A stretch of 64,000 nt of DNA from an uncultured delta proteobacterium (GTDB taxonomy: Bacteria > Myxococcota > Myxococcia > Myxococcales > Myxococcaceae), in assembly GCA_963771175.1 (NCBI GenBank), contig CAVYSY010000038.1, positions 64,001-128,000 of the forward strand, in the 5' to 3' direction. The notes beneath the pieces are model-generated. The model saw only the letters and a program-made list of their open reading frames with translations, searched no databases and was not told where the DNA came from. Positions 51,897-61,477 of this stretch are shown piece by piece (the stretch's first letter is position 1; each line of letters begins with the position of its first letter). The translations under genes were made by a program, and so were the position numbers.

Positions 51897-52904
51897 ATGC
51901 TGGACGGTTTCGCCGACGAGGGCTTCGCGGACATCTGGACGCCAGTGGCGATGTCGCGAGAGGTGGGCAAGGCGCCCTACGCGCTGACGCTGGCCTCGGA
52001 GCGCATCGTGCTCTTCCGGGACAACGAGGGTCGGGTGTCGGCGCTGCACGACCAGTGTCCGCACCGGGGCGTGAAGCTGTCGCTGGGGAAGGTGGGGAAG
52101 GACGGGTGCCTGGAGTGTCCCTTCCACGGCTGGCGCTTCGCGTCGGGCGGGGCCTGTACGCACATCCCGCTCAACCCCATGCCCGAGGAGAAGCGCCGGC
52201 GCTTCGCCGCCACCACCTTTCCCGTGCGTGAGCGCGGCGGCCTCATCTGGGTCTACACGCGCCCGGGTACCGAGGCCCCCGAGGAGCCGACGGTGCCCGC
52301 GGTGCTGGAGCAGGAGGGCGTCCACGTGTGGCTGTACGCCGAGACGTGGAACGCGCACTGGACGCGGGCGATGGAGAACATGCTGGACTCGCCGCACCTG
52401 CCCTTCGTGCACCGGCGCACCATCGGCGGAGGGCTGCGCCGGAGGATGAAGCCGGACTCGAAGATGGAGATGGAGGTGCACCCGACCCCCACGGGCTTCC
52501 GCACCTCGTGGACCATGGACGGAAAGTTCACGGATGCCTCCCTGGAGTGGCTGCGGCCCAATGGCATGGCGCTGCACGTCCCCGTTCCGAAGCGCATCAT
52601 GAGGCTGCATATGTGGTGCGTGCCGGTGGACGCGAACCACACGCGGATGATGCTGGCGAGCGCGCGTGATTTCCTGCGCTTCCAGCCCATCGCGGGCCTC
52701 ATCGACCGCTTCAACACGCGCATCCTGCGCGAGGACCAGGCGGTGGTGGAGTCGAGCCACCCGGCCGAGGTGCCCCCGGCGTCCGAGGAGCGCAGCGTGG
52801 CGACGGATCGGGCCACGCTGGCCTTCCGGCGCTGGTACCTGGAGCGCAAGAAGCGGGGCGCACGAGAAGTCACCAGCCCCGAGGCTCCGTCACTGGCGAG
52901 TTGA
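51897..52904 (+). CDS. Rieske non-heme iron oxygenase (VanA/KshA-like)
   Basis: Rieske motif CPHRG..CPFHGW; mononuclear iron motif ENMLDSPHLPFVH; ED acid. Confidence 0.9.
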   Translation: MLDGFADEGFADIWTPVAMSREVGKAPYALTLASERIVLFRDNEGRVSALHDQCPHRGVKLSLGKVGKDGCLECPFHGWRFASGGACTHIPLNPMPEEKRRRFAATTFPVRERGGLIWVYTRPGTEAPEEPTVPAVLEQEGVHVWLYAETWNAHWTRAMENMLDSPHLPFVHRRTIGGGLRRRMKPDSKMEMEVHPTPTGFRTSWTMDGKFTDASLEWLRPNGMALHVPVPKRIMRLHMWCVPVDANHTRMMLASARDFLRFQPIAGLIDRFNTRILREDQAVVESSHPAEVPPASEERSVATDRATLAFRRWYLERKKRGAREVTSPEAPSLAS

Positions 52905-53222
52905 TCAGCTCGCCGCTGGCTCCGCGACGGCCTGCTCCTCACGACGCAACCGCGCGTCGAGCACGAAGGTCCCAAAGGGCAGCAGCGACGCGATGAACGC
53001 GCCCACGATGCGCACGAGCGACCAGCGGTGCGCCGCGGACGCCTCCACGAGGGCGAGGAGGTAGAGCACGAACAGCAGCCCGTGCGCCCAGCCGACCATC
53101 TTCACCGCGAGGGGCATGCCGGCCAGATACTTCAGTGGCATGGCGATGAAGAGGAGCACGAGGAAGGAGAGGCCCTCGAGCAGGCCGACGGCGCGCAGAC
53201 GTCCGATGGGGGTCTTCAGCAT
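52905..53222 (-). CDS. DUF3817 family membrane protein
   Basis: LEGLSFLVLLFIAMPLKY, GWAHGLLF, ASLLPFGTF. Confidence 0.8.
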   Translation of the reverse strand: MLKTPIGRLRAVGLLEGLSFLVLLFIAMPLKYLAGMPLAVKMVGWAHGLLFVLYLLALVEASAAHRWSLVRIVGAFIASLLPFGTFVLDARLRREEQAVAEPAAS

Positions 53223-53406
53223 GGGGGGGAACCTCATTCGCCCCCCTCGCTTCGCACCCTCTCGGGGCCCGGGTCAACACACGTGGCCAGCGCCCTCCCA
53301 CAAGCACCCCTGAAGTAAGTCGTTTCAGGTGTGACGAGCAGCGCCAGTGCGTCCGCACCGCACACGCCCGCCACGACACCTGAGCCCCCGCCTCCTGGGC
53401 GCGCTT

Positions 53407-53443
53407 TTCAGAAACCTGTCCGACTGTCGGACAGGTTTTTGAA
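53407..53443. repeat. long intergenic palindrome (18-bp arms, 1-nt spacer)
   Basis: TTCAGAAACCTGTCCGAC-T-GTCGGACAGGTTTTTGAA, one mismatch. Confidence 0.85.
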
Positions 53444-53492
53444 GACCGCGCCCGGCAGCCCCCCCCTCCTGCGCGGACTTTCTTCGGATGGC

Positions 53493-53900
53493 TTAGCGGC
53501 GCTCCGTCATGCGCTCCAGCGTGTCTCGGTTGCGAGGCTCGAAGAAGCGCTCGCGCAGCAACCTCGGGAGTGCGCGCTTGTCCACACACAGGAGTTGGAG
53601 CGCATCGTTCCATTCCCCGAGCACGGCGACGGCGCGCACGTCGGGTGCCTCACGATAGAGGTCGTTGAGGTTGTGGACGAGCGCCCAGAGGTCCTCCACC
53701 TCCCAGCGCTCCGACGTCTCCCCGGCGAGGATGTGAAGCTCGAAGTGCGGGCGCTCGCGAACGTCGACGACCTTGAAGCGCCGAGCGGCCCCACCCATGG
53801 CCAGCGTGAGGGGCCCGACGAGCTCATCGGCCCGCACGCCGAGCGCGACGGTGAGGCCCCCTTCGAGGACACCGGCGTCACACAGGCGGAGCAGGGACAC
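53493..53900 (-). CDS. hypothetical protein
   Basis: GC3-biased ORF SLLRLCDAGVLEGGL..LVHNLNDLY..LGEWNDALQLLC; GTG start inferred. Confidence 0.65.
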   Translation of the reverse strand: MSLLRLCDAGVLEGGLTVALGVRADELVGPLTLAMGGAARRFKVVDVRERPHFELHILAGETSERWEVEDLWALVHNLNDLYREAPDVRAVAVLGEWNDALQLLCVDKRALPRLLRERFFEPRNRDTLERMTERR

Positions 53901-54027
53901 GTGGGGAGGCTCCGCATCATTGAGGAGCTCCCGCGGCCGCCTCCCGGTCCTTGAGGAGGCGCGAGCGTTCGAGCGAGTCGAGGAGCGAAGCCATGGGCGC
54001 GAGGGTGCCACGGCGTCTCTCCCCGGC

Positions 54028-54528
54028 TCAACCTTCCTCGCCCTCCCAGTAGCCCACCTGGGAGGCAAGGGGCAGATACGCCTCCAGGGTGCGCGCGGCC
54101 TTGTTGCCCCCGGGCGCCGCTCCGGCGAGCACCCCCACCTTGTTGGAGTCCGGGTACACGATGACGTCGGGCTCGAGCATGGTGGAGATGGCGAGGTAGC
54201 GCAGGGGCTCGTCCCCCTCATTGATGAGCTGGTGCGCGCAAGCGGGCCCGGCGGGGAGCGCGACGTAGTCCCCGGTCTTCACGGGCACGGTCTCCTCGCC
54301 GAGCCGCAGCGTGCCGGAGCCCGAGAGGATGAAGAGGGCCTCCTCGTTGGAGAGGTGGTAGTGGCGGGGCCAGGACTGCTTGCCGGGGAGGAGCTCGAGG
54401 AGGCTGCACCCGAGCTTCTGCCCGTGGGCCGCGGCGCCGAGCTGCTTGCGCCGCATGGCGACACGGGAGCCGCGAGTGGTCTCGGTCCAGGAGATGTCCT
54501 GCGCATTGACGACGTGGGGGTGGGCCAT
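54028..54528 (-). CDS. cupin domain protein
   Basis: HYHLSNEEALFILSG, AHQLIN, VIVYPDSNK. Confidence 0.85.
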   Translation of the reverse strand: MAHPHVVNAQDISWTETTRGSRVAMRRKQLGAAAHGQKLGCSLLELLPGKQSWPRHYHLSNEEALFILSGSGTLRLGEETVPVKTGDYVALPAGPACAHQLINEGDEPLRYLAISTMLEPDVIVYPDSNKVGVLAGAAPGGNKAARTLEAYLPLASQVGYWEGEEG

Positions 54529-54539
54529 GGGTTCCTCCG

Positions 54540-55319
54540 TCAGGGGCGAGTGGCGATGAGGGCGAAGACGCGGTGGGGCACGGCGAGCGGGTTCTCGGGG
54601 AAGCGCTCGGAGAGAACGGAGGCGAGCGCGGCATCGAAGCGGGCCACCTGCTCTGGCGCGAGCGACGCGCCAATCTTGGCACTGGCCCGGACCCGACCGC
54701 GCCAGGCCTCGTGGGTGTAGGGGACGGCGAGGTCGAAGGAGAAGCTCTCCAGGTGGACGAAGCCCGCGCCGGCGGCGTCCTTGAACCAGGCCGGATAGAG
54801 GCCGGTGCCGTGGCCGAAGCGGACGTAGGGCTGCACGGGGCCGGGATTGAACTCCTCGATGAGGTGCTCGGTGGCCTCGATGACGTTGCCGGGCAGGGTC
54901 ACCCAGTCGAAGTGGGCGATGACGAGCCGGCCACCGGGGACGAGCAGCCGGGCGGCCTCGCGAGCGGCGGCGGTGCGGTCGAACCAGTGCCAGCACTGGC
55001 CGGCGATGACGAGGTCCGCCGAGCCGTCGGGCAGCCCGGTGTTCTCCGCGGGGGCAATCCGCCAGTCGATGGAGAGCCGCTCCTCGGCGGCGAGCCGGCG
55101 GGCGCCCTCGAGCATGGAAGCGGAGATGTCCAGGGCGGTGACCTGGCAGCCGTGCCGGGCGAGGCCTCGGGCCACGGTGCCAGTGCCGGTGCCCAGGTCC
55201 ACGGCGCGCAACCCGGGCCGGAGGACGCCCTCGCGAGCGAGCCGCAGGAAGAACGGCTCGGGGAATCCGGCCCGGTGCTTCACGTAGTCATCCGCCGTGC
55301 GTCCGAAGTCGACCTGCAT
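54540..55319 (-). CDS. class I SAM-dependent methyltransferase
   Basis: VDLGTGTG, ALDIS, AGQCWHWFD, LVPGGRL. Confidence 0.88.
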   Translation of the reverse strand: MQVDFGRTADDYVKHRAGFPEPFFLRLAREGVLRPGLRAVDLGTGTGTVARGLARHGCQVTALDISASMLEGARRLAAEERLSIDWRIAPAENTGLPDGSADLVIAGQCWHWFDRTAAAREAARLLVPGGRLVIAHFDWVTLPGNVIEATEHLIEEFNPGPVQPYVRFGHGTGLYPAWFKDAAGAGFVHLESFSFDLAVPYTHEAWRGRVRASAKIGASLAPEQVARFDAALASVLSERFPENPLAVPHRVFALIATRP

Positions 55320-55394
55320 GGTGGCCTGCTCCTCGCCTCCCATCTCGACGCGCTGTCGAGTCGAGTCGACAATGCGCTCCGGGAGACACGGTGA

Positions 55395-56669
55395 ATGGTT
55401 AAGGCACGCGAACCGAAGGCTCAATCTCGATTCGACAGTCGACATGAGGAGCTGCTGCCGGCGGCGGAGGCGGCGAAGCTGCTGGGGGTGAAGCGAGCCA
55501 CGCTCTACACGTACGTGAGCCGGGGTCTGGTGCGGTGCGTGCCCGAGCCGGGGACGAAGGAGAACCGGTACGTCCGCGCGGACATCGAGCGGCTGAAGGT
55601 GCGGCACGACGCGCGGGCAGGGCACGCGGCTGTGGCGGCGGGGGCACTGCGCTGGGGCGAGCCGGTCATCGACTCGGCGGTGTCGCGGGTGGGGGCGGAG
55701 GGGCTGGCGTACCGGGGCCACCCAGCGGTGCAGCTCGCGCTGGAGGGACGGACCTTCGAGGATGTGGCGGAGCTGCTCTGGACGGGCTCACTGCCAGTAC
55801 AGCCGGTGCGGTGGCCCTCGCCGGGGCTGCCCATCCAGCCCTCGGCGGTGGCGGAACTGATGCCGAAGCGCTCGCCGCCGCTGGCGGTGCTGTCGGCGGT
55901 GGTGCCGCTGTTGGGCGCCTGGGACGAGGTGCGCTTCGCGGCCCCGGCGGAGCAGGAGCGGCTGCGAGGGCGACGCCTTCTGCGGCACCTGGCGGCCTGG
56001 GTGTGCGCGGCGCACGCGCCGGCACGGGTGGCGCGGGCGCTGAAGGAGGAGACGGTGGCGGCGTCGCTGGCGGTGGCGTGGGGAGCGACGGCGAAGCGAG
56101 CACCGGAGGTGCTGGACCGGGCGCTGGTGCTGTGCGCGGACCACGAGCTGAACGTGTCCACCTTCGCGGCCCGGGTGGCTGCGTCCTCGGGAGCGGACCT
56201 GTACGCGTGCATGAGCGCGGCATTGGCGGCGCTCTCGGGACCGAAGCACGGAGGCGCGTGCGACCGCATCGAGGCGCTGCTGCAGGAAGTGGGCAGGCCG
56301 GAGCGGGCGCGCACGGTGGTGCACGAGCGGCTGCGCCGAGGCGAATCCGTTCCAGGCTTCGGGCACCAGCTGTACCCCGAGGGAGACCCCCGCACACCGC
56401 CCCTGCTGGAGGCGGCGTACACGTTCCGTCCGGAGCCCCTGGGCGTGCGAGTGCTGCGCGCGGTGGAAGAGACGATGCGCGAGGCGGGGCACGCGCCGCC
56501 AACGGTCGACTTCGGACTGGTGGCGCTGGCATCAGCGCTGGAGCTGCCCACGGGAGCGGCAGCGGCACTGTTCGCGGTGGGGCGCGCGGCGGGCTGGGTG
56601 GCACACGTCCTGGAGCAGCGCGAGCAGGGGAACCTGCTGCGCCCCCGGGCCCGCTACGTGGGAGCCTGA
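55395..56669 (+). CDS. citrate-synthase-like protein with an N-terminal helix-turn-helix
   Basis: EAAKLLGVKRATLYTYVSRGL HTH; LAYRG, ADHELNVSTFAARV, GPKHGGA, PGFGH, DPR, R..GWVAH, RPRARYVG. Confidence 0.85.
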   Translation: MVKAREPKAQSRFDSRHEELLPAAEAAKLLGVKRATLYTYVSRGLVRCVPEPGTKENRYVRADIERLKVRHDARAGHAAVAAGALRWGEPVIDSAVSRVGAEGLAYRGHPAVQLALEGRTFEDVAELLWTGSLPVQPVRWPSPGLPIQPSAVAELMPKRSPPLAVLSAVVPLLGAWDEVRFAAPAEQERLRGRRLLRHLAAWVCAAHAPARVARALKEETVAASLAVAWGATAKRAPEVLDRALVLCADHELNVSTFAARVAASSGADLYACMSAALAALSGPKHGGACDRIEALLQEVGRPERARTVVHERLRRGESVPGFGHQLYPEGDPRTPPLLEAAYTFRPEPLGVRVLRAVEETMREAGHAPPTVDFGLVALASALELPTGAAAALFAVGRAAGWVAHVLEQREQGNLLRPRARYVGA

Positions 56670-56776
56670 GCCCGAGCGGACTCCGCGTGGTTTCCAACGC
56701 TCGCCGGCCGTATGGGGCGCATGGCGGACGACAATGCGCTGGACTCCGCTTCCTCCGCGTCTTACCGGAGCCACCC

Positions 56777-57052
56777 ATGAGCCCCTTCGTCCGCCTTCAG
56801 CTCCTGCTCCTGCTCGGCAACGTCGCCTTCATCGCCGCCTGGGCCGTGGCCCTCACGCGGCCCGCGGGCTGGCAGTGGGTGGGAGTCGCCCTGCTCGCCT
56901 TCTTCGTCGCCGTCCGCGTGGGCGGCATGTGGCTGCGCGCCCGGCAGTTCCCCGACGAGGGTCGCTCCCGCAGGGCAGCCATCCTCTCCACCGTCGTCGC
57001 GGCGCTCGCGGTCGCCCTGTGGGTCTACACCGCCCTGCGCGGGCCCGCATAG
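56777..57052 (+). CDS. small membrane protein (three TM segments)
   Basis: GGAG RBS; three hydrophobic segments. Confidence 0.6.
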   Translation: MSPFVRLQLLLLLGNVAFIAAWAVALTRPAGWQWVGVALLAFFVAVRVGGMWLRARQFPDEGRSRRAAILSTVVAALAVALWVYTALRGPA

Positions 57053-57076
57053 GAGCGCCCTGGCCCGCAAGTGAGA

Positions 57077-57115
57077 GAGGGTGCCGGGACCTCTCACGGT
57101 CCTCGCGGCACCCTC
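57077..57115. terminator. hairpin between convergent genes
   Basis: GAGGGTGCCG..CGGCACCCTC outer stem with inner GGACC/GGTCC. Confidence 0.55.
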
Positions 57116-57139
57116 ACCCGACCTCTCAAGAGAGAGGCG

Positions 57140-58249
57140 TCACACGTTGAAGCGGAAGTGCATGCAGTCGCCGTCCTGCACCACGTACTCCTTGCCTTCC
57201 ACGCGCAGCAGGCCCTTCTCCTTCACCGCCGACTCGGCACCGAACTTGATGAGGTCTTCCCACCTCATCACCTCGGCCTTGATGAAGCCGCGCTCGAAGT
57301 CCGAGTGGATGACGCCCGCCGCCTGCGGCGCCTTGTCACCCTTGTGGATGGTCCACGCCCGGCACTCCTGCTCGCCCACCGTGAAGTACGTCTGCAGGCC
57401 CAGCAGCTTGTAGCCCTCGCGCACCACCTTGTGCAGGCCCGGCTCCGTCAGCCCCGCGCTCTCCAGGAAGCCCGGACGCTCCTCCTCGGGAAGCTGCTGG
57501 ATTTCCGACTCCATCGCCGCGGCCAGCACCACCACGCCCGCGCCCTCCTTCGCCGCCATCTCCCGCACCCGCTGCACCATCGGGTCGGAGTCTTCCTTGC
57601 CGATCTGCTTCTCGCTGATGTTCGCCACGTACAGCACCGGCTTGTCCGTCAGCAGGAAGAGGTCCTTGAGGACCGCCCGCTCCTCGTCCGACAGCTTCTG
57701 CGCGCGCACGGTGATGGCCGAGTCCAGCCCGGCCTTGACGCGGTCCAGGATGGCGAGCTCCGCCTTCGCCTCGTCGCCCGCCTTGCCGCCCATCTTGGCG
57801 TTCTTCTGCGAACGCTCGCGGCGCTTCTCCACCGTCTCCATGTCCTTGAGGCAGAGCTCCGTGTCCACCACGTCCCGGTCTCGCACCGGGTCCACGCCGC
57901 CCTCCACGTGGGTGACGTTGTCGTCCACGAAGCAGCGCAGCACGTGCAGCACCGCGTCCACCTGCCGGATGTTGCCCAGGAACTGGTTGCCCAGTCCCTC
58001 GCCCTTCGAGGCGCCACGCACCAGGCCGGCGATGTCCACGAACTCGAGCGAGGTGGGAACCTTCTTGAGGGGCTTCACCAGGGCCGACAGCTTGTCCAGC
58101 CGATCGTCCGGCACCGGCACCACGCCCACGTTCGGCTCGATGGTGCAGAACGGGTAGTTGGCCGCCTGGGCGCCCGCTGCCGAGAGTGCGTTGAACAGGG
58201 TGGACTTGCCCACGTTGGGCAGACCGACAATGCCGATGGAAAGCGCCAT
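57140..58249 (-). CDS. ychF: redox-regulated ATPase YchF
   Basis: GLPNVGKST, NYPFCTIEPN, DIAGLV, FIKAEV, EGKEYVVQDGD. Confidence 0.97.
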   Translation of the reverse strand: MALSIGIVGLPNVGKSTLFNALSAAGAQAANYPFCTIEPNVGVVPVPDDRLDKLSALVKPLKKVPTSLEFVDIAGLVRGASKGEGLGNQFLGNIRQVDAVLHVLRCFVDDNVTHVEGGVDPVRDRDVVDTELCLKDMETVEKRRERSQKNAKMGGKAGDEAKAELAILDRVKAGLDSAITVRAQKLSDEERAVLKDLFLLTDKPVLYVANISEKQIGKEDSDPMVQRVREMAAKEGAGVVVLAAAMESEIQQLPEEERPGFLESAGLTEPGLHKVVREGYKLLGLQTYFTVGEQECRAWTIHKGDKAPQAAGVIHSDFERGFIKAEVMRWEDLIKFGAESAVKEKGLLRVEGKEYVVQDGDCMHFRFNV

Positions 58250-58294
58250 ATTGGATTCCTGAACAGCTCGAGGCGAACCCGAAAATCCGGGGGA

Positions 58295-58834
58295 CTAGGC
58301 TCGGGTCGCGGGCGTGCCCTTGCCCGGCAGGCCCTGCACGAACTGCTCCGCCAGGGCGCGGTGCTTGGTGTCGTCCATGCGCTCGTTGAGCAGCTTGCCG
58401 GCCACCTCCATGGACAGGTCCACCGCCATGGCCTTCACCTCGGCGATGGCCTTGGACTTCTGCTCCTCGATCTCGCGCTGCGCGGAGGCCTTGAACTCCT
58501 CGGCCTCCTTGCGGCTCTTGGCCATCAGCTCCTCGCGGAACTTCTCCATCTCCTGCTGGTTGCGGCGGAGCATCTCCTGCGACTCGCGGCGGGCCTCGGC
58601 GATGGCCGTCTTCTGCTCGGCGAGCAGCTTCTCGGCCTCGGCGCGCTCACGCTTGGCCGCCTCGATGGAGCTGGCGATCTGCTTCTCGCGCTCCTCGACC
58701 AGCGACAGGATGGGGCCCCAGGCCTTCCAGCGCAGGACGATGGCGACGATGATGAAGGTGACGAGCGTCCAGAAGATGAGGCCCGGGCGGACCTCCACGA
58801 AGCTGCTGGCGGCGAGAACGTTGGGCAGGAGCAT
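58295..58834 (-). CDS. atpF: F0 ATP synthase subunit b
   Basis: PGLIFWTLVTF TM, WGPILSLVEERE, coiled coil; downstream of atpE. Confidence 0.9.
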   Translation of the reverse strand: MLLPNVLAASSFVEVRPGLIFWTLVTFIIVAIVLRWKAWGPILSLVEEREKQIASSIEAAKRERAEAEKLLAEQKTAIAEARRESQEMLRRNQQEMEKFREELMAKSRKEAEEFKASAQREIEEQKSKAIAEVKAMAVDLSMEVAGKLLNERMDDTKHRALAEQFVQGLPGKGTPATRA

Positions 58835-58971
58835 GGCGGCCTTCGCAGGTACTGCGTCAGGGGTACGGCCTGCTGGGACTACAGAAGACGGGGAACCGCG
58901 GTGATGCGAGGGCCGGCGCCCCCTCGTCTGCACGAGCGAGCGCCGGACCCGGGTCCTACTCACGACCTGAA

Positions 58972-59202
58972 TCACACCTTGATGGCGAGGAGGATGCACA
59001 CGACCAGCGCGAACAGCGTCGCGCCTTCGATGAGGGCCGCGGCGATGATCATGGTGGTGCGGATGTCGCCACCGGCGGCCGGCTGACGGCCCGTGGCGTC
59101 CATGGCGGCGGCGGCCAGCTTGCCGATGCCGAGGGCGGCGCCGATGATGGAGAGGCCGGCACCGATGCCGGCGGCGAGGAAGGCGAGAGCGACGTTGGTC
59201 AT
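58972..59202 (-). CDS. atpE: F0 ATP synthase subunit c
   Basis: Two TM helices, RQP loop, AALIEG with the conserved Glu. Confidence 0.95.
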   Translation of the reverse strand: MTNVALAFLAAGIGAGLSIIGAALGIGKLAAAAMDATGRQPAAGGDIRTTMIIAAALIEGATLFALVVCILLAIKV

Positions 59203-59344
59203 GGGAGTGCTTCTTCTTTCTTCGGAGGGGACCCACTTGTGGGGGGGTCGTTGCTTCCCTTTTGGACGACCTCCGGCGACCTTTCGAATCGCCGGGTACT
59301 CACCGGGGCCCCAGGAGTCGGGGCCCCGCTAACTTGGGGGGACC

Positions 59345-60407
59345 TCAGGAGCCCAGCACGTGGGCCTTGCCATGGTCGTGGCTGTGGCCCAGCTCCTTGT
59401 GGTCGCCGTGCTCGTCGGCGTGCGCGTGGCCGTGGTGGCCCATGGCCACGCTCATGCCGATGAAGAGCGCCGAGAGCATGGTGAAGACGTAGGCCTGCAC
59501 GAAGGCCACGAAGAGCTCCAGCAGGTAGATGCCCATGGCGAAGGGCACGCTCACGAAGGCCACCGCCGGGTGGCCGAGCATGAAGATGAGGCCCAGCAGG
59601 AAGAAGATGACGATGTGGCCCGCCAGCATGTTGGCGAAGAGACGGATGGTGAGCGCGAAGGGCTTGGTGAACAGGCCCAGCATCTCCACCGGAATCATGA
59701 TGGGCCACAGCGCCCAGTGGCACGCCGCCGGTCAGGTGGGCCAGGTAGCCGCCGAGGCCCGCGGCGCGGATGCCGGCGATCTGCGTGACGACGAAGGTGC
59801 AGACGGCCAGGCCGCAGGTGACGGCGATGTTGCCCGTGGCGCTCGCCATCCAGGGGAACAGGCCCAGCAGGTTCATGAAGAGGATGAAGAAGAACGCGGT
59901 GAGCAGGTAGGGCGTGTAGCGCGGGCCCTCCTCCTTGCCGATGTTCTTGATGGCCAGCTCGTCGCGCACGAAGAGGACGAGCATCTCGAAGAGGTTGGCC
60001 GCCGGTGCCGCGGGGCACCAGCTTCGTCTTGTCGCGGTTGCTCCAGATGAGGAGCGAGCCGATGAGCAGCAGCGCCGCCAGCCACATCATCACCGTGTGC
60101 TTGGTGATGGAGAGGTCCAGGCAGCCGGCGCCCAGGCCGGGGATGACCTCGCCGTGCTCCGTCATCTGCGGCGTGCAGGCGCCCGCCTTCAGCGGGATGA
60201 GAATCTGCGGCAGGTGGATGGGGACGTGGTTGTTGCTGAGCGGAATCTCGAACTCGTACTCCGGCGAGTCCGAGACGTGGTGGAGGATGTAGCCCGCCAC
60301 GTCCTGCTCTCCTTCTCCAGGTGCGTCTCGCCGGCAGCGCCGTGCCCGCCTTCGGCGAACGCGACGCCGGCCATCAGCCCGACGAAGAGAACCATTGCCT
60401 TGCGCAT
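59345..60407 (-). CDS. atpB: F0 ATP synthase subunit a (frameshifts near 60300, 60000 and 59715)
   Basis: [63 protein letters not shown]; His-rich tail. Confidence 0.92.
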
Positions 60408-60453
60408 CACTCGTCTCCGCCCGCCGCGCCCCGGGACGCGGCCATCACGTAGC

Positions 60454-60806
60454 TCACTTCAATCCACTGCAGCGCGAAGTAGGTGCCGAAGAAGCCGGCC
60501 ACGAACGCCACCGCGCCCAACCCTCGCGCCACCACCCACAGCAGACCCACCACCACGCACCACGGCCCGCATCCCGAACACCACTCCTACCACCTTCAAC
60601 GCCGCGTTCAGGTCCTTGCGCACCGCCCGCCGCTTGAGCACCAGCGCCACCGCCCCCGTCACCGCCGCCAGCCCCACCCCCATCACCGCCGCCAGCCGCG
60701 CCTCCGGCCCCCTGGGCGCCAGCGCCGCCACCGCCAGTCCCACCACCGACACCACCGCCGCCAGTCCGGCGTGCAGCCGGAAGGTCTCCGCGCCGTGTTC
60801 CTTCAC
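60454..60806 (-). CDS. AtpI-like membrane protein (frameshifted)
   Basis: Hydrophobic ORF between the AtpZ-like gene and atpB; GTG overlaps the upstream TGA. Confidence 0.6.
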
Positions 60807-61067
60807 CGCTTCCGCTTCCCCAGCCGAGCCATCTCGCGGAGGAAGGCGTAGAAGCCCACGCCAGATCCCCACCAGGCTCAGCCCCAGCAAGAACCAGGGC
60901 GACGTTCCCAACCACCTGTCCAGGAAGTACCCGCCCAGCACCCCTACCACCGCCCCGCCCACCAGCTTCCACACCGCGGAGATGTACGGCTCCGCCGCCC
61001 TCATCTGCCGAGCCGTCTCCGACAGCTCGTCGCCCTCCGTGTCTTCCCGTGGCTCCTTCTCCGCCAT
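60803..61067 (-). CDS. AtpZ/AtpI family protein (one frameshift)
   Basis: GVLGGYFLDRWLGTSPWFLLGLSLVG signature; first gene of the F0 operon. Confidence 0.8.
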
Positions 61068-61477
61068 GCCCTACAACCCTCGGGAAAACCACGGGTTTCC
61101 TTCGCCGCCCACCCCGCCCTTCCTACGCGCGGGCGCCGCTTAACATTGAAGGTGCGCGCCACGCAACCGCCACGCTCGGAAAGAGGTGGTCCTCCTATAA
61201 GAAGGGTTGCGGTGACTGGAAGCCCAGCTTGCTGAAACGGGCATGGATGGAGCTGGAGGAGGTGCCCCGATCTGCACCACGGTGTTGCCCTCGGGGTTCC
61301 TTCTCATGGTGTGGGTAAAGGCCATACCCAACCGCGCGTCGGGCAGGGCGGACGGCCAGCGCAGCGCCGGGGGGGGTGATCGACCCCGCGCCAGTCCACC
61401 GGGCGCTCCTCGTCGCGAGGTCCCACCGTTCCCAGCTTCCACCTGGACCTCTCACCACACGCCAGGAGGACCCCACG

